From NCBI GenBank assembly GCA_044892505.1, contig CM097883.1, forward strand, positions 257,734,001 through 257,797,737: a stretch of DNA of 63,737 nt. The letters are read 5' to 3'. This document shows, in pieces, positions 60,355 through 63,737 of the stretch. This stretch comes from Schmidtea nova (Eukaryota). Below the pieces are notes generated by a model, which was not told the origin of the DNA, made no database searches, and was given only the letters and a program-made list of their open reading frames with translations. Numbering within the stretch: position 1 is the first letter of the stretch; the number at the start of each line of letters is the position of its first letter. Made by a program: the position numbers and the translations under genes.

Positions 60355-63300
60355 TGGTGCATTCTCTCACTCCATGTCCTTTCCTTAAGCAGTTATAACA
60401 TAATCTCCACTCTTGAACTAACTTTTTTCTGTCATTTACTGGCAATTGTTTGAATTGTGAGCATTGATCTAGATAATGTGCACCCGGACATTGGAAACAC
60501 ATCGACCTGCTTTGACCTTGTTGCATGATTATTCCTTCCCCACCTTTACTCGAGTTTTGTTTTACTTCATTGCCCGAGTTCGTAAAGTGTGAGTACCGTC
60601 TATTGTCATTCTTTTCGGAAGCCTTGAAGTTCTTCTGCCCATACTGCCAATTAGAGTCTTTTTCACGCCAAAATCCATATAATATCTCATTTGTCGATCG
60701 CGTAAGATCAGCTTCGTTTTGCAACCTCTCTTTTAACCGGGTTATTGATTCTTCCCCTTCATCTTTCGCTTGCTCTCTTTTCCATCGAATAAGTAGCGAA
60801 GCTGGCAATTTCTTTAACAATTGTTGCAAGAGACAGCCTCTCTGTAAGTCCTCTTCCCTTCCGATTGCTTTAAACCGTACCTCCATTGACTCCAACAATC
60901 CAACGAGAATATCCAAGTCTTTCATCTCTACTTCGCGAACCGGTCGAAATTTCTCTACGGTCTCTAACATAGTCAGATAACTACGTTCTTCACCTCCGTA
61001 ACGCCTTTCTAATTTCTCTTTCGCCATCTTGTAGCCATCGGCGGTATAACCCAGTGGCTCTATCATTCTCAGCGGCTCATCTAGCAAGTACTGCCTAAGA
61101 TGCAGCATTTTATCTTCGGCTGTTCCATCTGCCGTATCTATTACCGTATTGAAGGCCGCTTTCCACGTCTCAAACTCGACAACCTTCCCATCGAAAATCG
61201 GAATCTTTATTTTCTGCAACCGATTTAAACTCTTCTTTTCTCTTGGCGCTTCATATTCCGATGTCTTTGACCCCTCGCTCACAACACTTTGTTCTGTTCT
61301 TTTTTGCATTATCTTATCTATCTCTTCTTTTTTTGTTTCCAGCTCACAGATATCTTTTTCCACTAATTCTAACTCCTCCTTCTTGTTTAATTTGTCACAC
61401 AGCTCGACAAGTCTTAACCAATCTTCCAATGTATCCTCAAACTCTTTTTCATATAATACAAGTGTGTCCTTTATTTCCCCGACCATTTCTGCCAACAATA
61501 AGTTACGCGCTCGAGTTACTTTCCATTTTTTAGATCGCCGACGGGTCCATAAACTTTTGAACTCTTCCTCATCATTACCACCTCTTAAACGAAGAACAAG
61601 ATGAAGAGTAGATTCCTTTTGTATGTTGTAATCTGCCAAGATTCTTCCGCCTTCCAATTGTTTACCCGCAAATATCAATCTCTGTTGATCAGGTGGGATT
61701 CCCTCTTTATCTTGTATTCTCGTTTTTACCTTTTCTATTGTGTCACTTGATTCAACTTCCAGGGTAATGGTTTTCCCTGTTAACGTTCTTACAAATATTT
61801 GCAATCCCCCTTCCATTCTCAAAACTAGACCGCGAGTTGATTCCTTGGTGGGAATAGTCGTATTTCGATTAATTAACTTACTGAAAACGCCGCCCAGAGT
61901 TTCAACACCCAACGAAAGCGGTGTAACATCTAGCAATAATACCTCAATCACATACTCAGCAAGAACTCCTCCCTGTATTGCTGCACCCATTGCAACAGCT
62001 TCATCTGAATTCACACTCTTGCTAGGGGCTCTACCAAAATGTTTCTGCACAGTTTCTTGAACTTTAGGCATTCTTGTCATCCCACCAACTAACAACACTT
62101 CTTTAATATCCGATGTTTTTACCTTTGCATCTTTAATAGCCTTTTCACAAGATTCAATTGTTCTCTTAATTAGGTGCTCCACTAATTGTTCTAACTTTGA
62201 CCGTGTGAACCTTAAACTCAAATGTTTAGGTCCCGTATTATCCATTGTCAAATATGGAAGATTAATGTCCGTTTGAATAACCGATGACAATTCAATTTTA
62301 GCTTTTTCAGCTGCTTCTCTAACTCTCTGTAAAGCCATAGGGTCTTTATCAACATCAACGCCTTGATCACATTTAAATTCATAAAGAATATTTTGTAAGT
62401 GCACATTATCAAAATCTTCCCCACCCAAAAACGTATCCCCACTTGTAGATTTTACTTCAAAACTATTATTCAGATTTTTTATATAACTATCTAGCTTTAG
62501 CTTAATGATTTCCCAGTTGAAACACCCATAATTGATTTTAAATCCATAATTTTTAACCTCTCGCCCTATCTCTCTAATCATCGCTGTATTATAAATTATT
62601 TCTTTTGGAACACACTCCTTATTCACACAAGTCCCACCCATTTTATTTTTTCCAATTAAAGGAACAGATTTCCTATATTCATCTGCTCTCCTGGCTCGTT
62701 CATCCCCCAATTGAAAAGAATGCTGGGGCCCATAGCAGCATCTTTTCCGGTCCCTTAATGGACTCAACTCACCGCAAAACTTGTCAAAGGGCAGAGGGGA
62801 AAATGTTTCAACACAGGATAAAAATTTACAATTCATAAAATAATGTTCAAAGATATTACAAAAATACAGATTAAGAAAAGGTACCTTGTTCTGGCTGGAT
62901 AGCCAGAACAGTATTGCCCATGTTCCGAGAAGTACGTGGTCCCCCGATGGGAACCACGCTCTGCTACCAAAAATGATTCCATCAAAACGCAAAGCTTTAT
63001 TAAGAATTTTATTGTCAAATGATTCGAGCAAAATGATTCGAGCAAAATGATTCGATATTAGAGACAATATAGCGATTTGACCAACATTGTGTGTCGACAG
63101 AACTGAAGGCTCATCGTAATGAAATAATAAAGTTTCGAAAATAGAAAGGTCACAATTAAAGTTATCTAATTTCACAAATTTGGCACAACCATCAGGTTCG
63201 GCACCTGGTTTTGCAGACGAGAATCCTTTATATCCTAACTGAAGCATCGCTGGTTCGATGTCAGATAAGTAATATGAAATTTCAACTTCTTGGAGACAGA

Positions 63301-63556
63301 AAATGTCACAATTTAAATTCTCCAGATCCTTCTTAATATTTATCCATCGAATTGGCCAGTCAAGAAATCTCTGATCGCAATTTTCATAAAGAACATAACC
63401 ATTAACCAAATGACATTGAGCCAAAATATTGAGACTGGAACTCATCATTTGAAAACCAAATTTCCCGAACCATAGCATAGAAAACTTCCTTTTAAAACAA
63501 ATTCTTCCCTTCAAAATTTCATATCCAAACTTAAAAGACCGAAATTTCCCGAACAA
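60320..63556 (-). CDS. Chimeric polyprotein: Angel-like, glutathione reductase, mitochondrial-type HSP70 and ubiquitin fragments fused to BEL/Pao Gag; truncated by the Gypsy insertion
   Basis: 1078-codon uninterrupted frame; first in-frame ATG at 63478; domain motifs listed in the sub-features. Confidence 0.9.
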   Translation of the reverse strand: MFGKFRSFKFGYEILKGRICFKRKFSMLWFGKFGFQMMSSSLNILAQCHLVNGYVLYENCDQRFLDWPIRWINIKKDLENLNCDIFCLQEVEISYYLSDIEPAMLQLGYKGFSSAKPGAEPDGCAKFVKLDNFNCDLSIFETLLFHYDEPSVLSTHNVGQIAILSLISNHFARIILLESFDNKILNKALRFDGIIFGSRAWFPSGDHVLLGTWAILFWLSSQNKVPFLNLYFCNIFEHYFMNCKFLSCVETFSPLPFDKFCGELSPLRDRKRCCYGPQHSFQLGDERARRADEYRKSVPLIGKNKMGGTCVNKECVPKEIIYNTAMIREIGREVKNYGFKINYGCFNWEIIKLKLDSYIKNLNNSFEVKSTSGDTFLGGEDFDNVHLQNILYEFKCDQGVDVDKDPMALQRVREAAEKAKIELSSVIQTDINLPYLTMDNTGPKHLSLRFTRSKLEQLVEHLIKRTIESCEKAIKDAKVKTSDIKEVLLVGGMTRMPKVQETVQKHFGRAPSKSVNSDEAVAMGAAIQGGVLAEYVIEVLLLDVTPLSLGVETLGGVFSKLINRNTTIPTKESTRGLVLRMEGGLQIFVRTLTGKTITLEVESSDTIEKVKTRIQDKEGIPPDQQRLIFAGKQLEGGRILADYNIQKESTLHLVLRLRGGNDEEEFKSLWTRRRSKKWKVTRARNLLLAEMVGEIKDTLVLYEKEFEDTLEDWLRLVELCDKLNKKEELELVEKDICELETKKEEIDKIMQKRTEQSVVSEGSKTSEYEAPREKKSLNRLQKIKIPIFDGKVVEFETWKAAFNTVIDTADGTAEDKMLHLRQYLLDEPLRMIEPLGYTADGYKMAKEKLERRYGGEERSYLTMLETVEKFRPVREVEMKDLDILVGLLESMEVRFKAIGREEDLQRGCLLQQLLKKLPASLLIRWKREQAKDEGEESITRLKERLQNEADLTRSTNEILYGFWREKDSNWQYGQKNFKASEKNDNRRYSHFTNSGNEVKQNSSKGGEGIIMQQGQSRSMCFQCPGAHYLDQCSQFKQLPVNDRKKLVQEWRLCYNCLRKGHGVRECTMWVTTSGIRCF
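60360..61576 (-). other. BEL/Pao Gag
   Basis: [21 protein letters not shown]...KMLHLRQYL...KEKLERRYG; [13 protein letters not shown] and [14 protein letters not shown]. Confidence 0.9.
61577..61804 (-). other. Captured ubiquitin unit, 76 aa, intact LRLRGG
   Basis: [18 protein letters not shown]...[14 protein letters not shown]; nine differences from canonical animal ubiquitin by eye. Confidence 0.97.
61844..62461 (-). other. Captured intronless fragment of mitochondrial/DnaK-type HSP70
   Basis: [80 protein letters not shown]. Confidence 0.95.
62462..62710 (-). other. Captured fragment of glutathione reductase (redox-active disulfide region)
   Basis: ARRADEY...[21 protein letters not shown]...YGF...FNWEIIK.K.DSYI..LN aligns with GSR GGTCVNVGCVPKKVMWNTA...FNWRVIKEKRDAYV. 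Confidence 0.88.
62952..62969 (-). other. Primer-binding site resembling initiator tRNA-Met 3' end
   Basis: TGGTAGCAGAGCGTGGTT is the complement of AACCACGCTCTGCTACCA, 4 nt after LTR-terminal CA (62974). Confidence 0.8.
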
Positions 63557-63731
63557 TTAAACTAAATTGCAATATTTAAACAATTCCAAAAATTCTACCT
63601 GAAATTCAATTCTCAAATCAATTACAACTCGAACGCGCACACAGACGCGAATAAACACAACACCACAGACGGTGAGGGAAAAACGCGCATACAGACGCGA
63701 TAAGTTATTAACAAACGCACAAAAAATGACA
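62974..63731 (-). repeat. BEL element 5' LTR (start tentative, near window edge)
   Basis: Direct repeat of 51031-51776; ends ...GGAATCA before the PBS; possible start TGTCA at 63731. Confidence 0.82.
63059..63454 (-). other. Captured fragment of an Angel/CCR4-nocturnin family (EEP) gene; second copy at ~51099-51494
   Basis: LNILAQ...LYENC....LDW..RW..I...L....CDIFCLQEV...LGY...PDGCA...NVGQIAIL most resembles the ANGEL N-terminal half of the EEP domain. Confidence 0.85.
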
Positions 63732-63737
63732 TTGCTC

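Larger units (their letters stand above)
51031..63731 (-). mobile_element. Non-autonomous BEL/Pao LTR retrotransposon carrying host-gene fragments, interrupted by a nested Gypsy
   Basis: ~745-bp direct repeats (51031-51776 / 62991-63726, five substitutions seen), PPT, tRNAi-Met-like PBS, BEL Gag with three zinc knuckles, protease ALLDDAST; no RT/RNaseH/IN; left end in an N gap so TSD cannot be checked. Confidence 0.9.

Noticed and set aside
60012-60398. Independent PP2A-A gene
   Set aside because: It is the 3' LTR copy reading out into antisense BEL gag and stops after 128 aa.
61844-62461. Bacterial DnaK horizontal transfer or contamination
   Set aside because: Motifs fit mitochondrial-type HSP70 equally well and neighbouring cargo is eukaryotic; a phylogeny would be needed to exclude it fully.
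62715-62740. tRNA gene
   Set aside because: Only a 14-nt anticodon-arm similarity; no cloverleaf.
60320-63556. A functional host gene for HSP70, GSR, Angel or ubiquitin
   Set aside because: All are partial, intronless and fused to Gag between LTRs.

Overview
AT-rich, gapped eukaryotic (animal-like) draft scaffold dominated by transposable elements. Two host genes are recognisable: the last three exons of a serine palmitoyltransferase 2-type gene (+, 6407-19814) and a phospholipid scramblase-like gene (-, 38421-46322) with 45-48 bp introns plus one ~7 kb repeat-filled interval. Elements include Tc1, mariner, hAT, Tigger and piggyBac-MITE copies, Penelope remnants with hammerhead-ribozyme motifs, a decayed Polinton/Maverick, an RLE-type non-LTR element and decayed Gypsy copies. 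The most striking region is 51-63.7 kb, where an intact, very young CsRn1-like Gypsy element is nested in a non-autonomous BEL/Pao element. The two share an unusual architecture: a captured intronless host-gene fragment lies inside both LTRs (PP2A scaffold subunit in the Gypsy; Angel/CCR4-family in the BEL), and its reading frame runs through the LTR end and the primer-binding site and joins Gag via a ubiquitin or ubiquitin-like domain ending in RGG. The BEL ORF also carries in-frame glutathione reductase and mitochondrial-type HSP70 fragments. All family assignments are from motif recognition by eye; no database searches were run, and novelty relative to the literature is unverified.
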